A stretch of 64,000 nucleotides of DNA from the NCBI GenBank assembly GCA_964016885.1, contig CAXHJY010000428.1, forward strand, positions 1-64,000, written 5' to 3'. The translations under genes were made by a program, and so were the position numbers. The notes under the pieces were generated by a model. The model worked only from the letters and a program-made list of their open reading frames with translations, was not told the DNA's origin and did not search any database. The stretch comes from Eledone cirrhosa (lineage: Eukaryota). Below are positions 61,392 through 64,000 of this stretch, one piece after another (the first letter of the stretch is position 1; every line of letters starts with the position of its first letter).

Positions 61392-61399
<8 letters not shown>
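61333..61399. repeat. Perfect 29-bp inverted repeat, 9-nt loop
   Basis: TATTAAAATAACAGATTAAAGTTTAAGCA ccgattctt TGCTTAAACTTTAATCTGTTATTTTAATA. Confidence 0.92.
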
Positions 61400-61451
<52 letters not shown>

Positions 61452-61455
<4 letters not shown>

Positions 61456-61967
61456 TAAAAGGAAAAGAAAATGCTGACAAATTGTTCCCAGTGAAAAATA
61501 GTTTAATTAGGAATAAGTAAAAATTAGTAATAAGTATTGGTTAGTATTCAGTTTTGGTTTTAAGTATTTACCGATTGCGCATTTCTAATACTTTTCAAAA
61601 ATAATTTTGAGATAGAGCGCCCGTGATGTTTGCTCTAATCTGATTAGTTTTGGAAATTCTACCTGTTTTATGTGAAAAAAGTGGCTCCAGATGTATTAAA
61701 ATAAGTTTCGCGCCAATTCGTGTTGCAAAAATTCTTGTGGTCAAAACAATTTTGATTGGTCGGTAGAGGTCATGTGAATGTTAAAAATTGATTTTGCGCC
61801 AAATGTAGGTTTGTCTCGGCTGATTGAGAAGTCACTGAAAAATAAGTCTTTTAAGACAAATATGTGTGTAGTATTAAAGAGGTTCATTGTTGTGATAATG
61901 GTCAGTAGGGATGTGTGTGTGAATTGCAGTCATGTTGACAGGTCAACAGTGCAGGTGCCTATTAAGA

Positions 61968-62014
<47 letters not shown>

Positions 62015-62946
62015 CAGAGTAATTCGTGATAGAGGGATCGGTCAGTAGGAATGTGTCTGTACGTGTGTGGGGGATATTTTAACATGTTAAGATATTTTTC
62101 AGCTCTTGTTCTATACCGAGAAGTGTGTGTGTGTATATGTCTCTTTGTATGTTAGTGTACGCGTGTGTATGTGTGTGTGTATATATGTGTGTGTGTGTGT
62201 GTATGTGTGTATGTGTGTGTGTGGGGGGGACCAGTATTTTTGTGATACTGGTAAAAATGGTGTACATTATTCGATATTTTCAGTAAAAACGATTCTCTCA
62301 ATAGAACATCAAAAACCTTAATAATAAAAGGTGTGAAATGATATATAGTATTGTCATAACACCAAGGTGTGTGTGAGAGTGTCCAGATTGTACGTACTGC
62401 AAGGGGAATCCATTAGGCCCTGCCGTATTGGAATACTTGTGTACAAATATCTATGTGCCCATCAGTGTGCAATGCATGTGTACGTATATGTATGTGTGAG
62501 TGTCGGCACGTTTATATCTATAGACATCAAAATGTACGCAAATTTGTGTATATTTGTGTTGCACCATAGAACATGTGTGTTTACGTATGTCATTGTGTTT
62601 ATATGTGGATAGAGATGTATGTAGGATGTATGCTGATGTAGGTATGTATGTTGACGTGTGTATGTTGTGGGTTCGTCTTAGGGAGAAGTGTTTAGACGGA
62701 GTCCGTATTTGTTAATAAAGTGAGATTCCTTGCTGATGCGCTGGGTGTGGGTGGCATTATCTTTAAATTTGTAGAGGGGAAAGATTCTGAAGTTGGGATT
62801 ATTTGGGGCGGCACAGGTATCAATGTGTTCACTACGTGGTATTTTCCTGTATTCCCGTATTTTAATTTGGGATCTATGGACAGTCATGCGTTGGCGGAGG
62901 GTGTTTTTGGTCTGGCCTATGTATTGTTCTCGACAACCTGAGCAAG
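61452..62946 (-). mobile_element. 5'-truncated Penelope-like element (Neptune-like GIY-YIG end + long 3' region) between (TA)n tracts
   Basis: 62678-62946 minus: [46 protein letters not shown]...LN. The extent of the 3' region is inferred from the flanking TA tracts. Confidence 0.78.
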
Positions 62947-62949
62947 TTA

Positions 62950-63758
<809 letters not shown>

Positions 63759-63825
63759 CAACTGAATAATTTGTCAGCATTTTCTATTCCGTTTACCAAT
63801 ATATATATATATATATATATATATT

Positions 63826-64000
63826 TCTTTAAGTCGTTTGGAAGCCTCGACAATGCAAATGGGTAAATCTCCGGGTAACAAGATCCGGTGGTGGAGAGAG
63901 AGATGTAAGTGGGTGTACGTTGAAATGCGTGGCGTGTACAAGACGTGTAGAGGAATGAAGGAAAGAGCATAAAGGATAAAATAAAAATAACAACACGAGA
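63826..64000 (-). mobile_element. Third, diverged copy of the pLTR end of the 47.5-51.1 kb Penelope family (runs off the window)
   Basis: GGAAGCCTCGACAATGCAAATGGGTAAATCTCCGGGTAACA..CCGGTGGTG..ATAACAACACGAGA matches 47486-47632. Confidence 0.85.

Overview
Animal genomic DNA, very rich in microsatellites; the SINE and LINE families resemble those I recall from cephalopods/Octopus (inference). No host protein-coding exon is recognisable. About 30 kb (15.4-45.5 kb) is one 34/38-bp minisatellite with internal higher-order duplications, and it produces all the giant spurious ORFs. The rest is retroelement debris: a near full-length RTE LINE with three C2H2 fingers; bipartite non-autonomous RTE derivatives with a structured, covarying head, stacked in (TATG)n; two R4/Dong-like, two CRE-like, one HERO-like, one Tx1-like and two further RTE relics; and tRNA-type SINEs. 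There is also a cluster of Penelope-like elements: a near-complete Naiad-type RT+GIY-YIG element with an inverted pLTR, and a non-coding foldback element. Minimal hammerhead-ribozyme motifs are visible in their repeats. All family assignments come from motif recognition by eye, not database searches.
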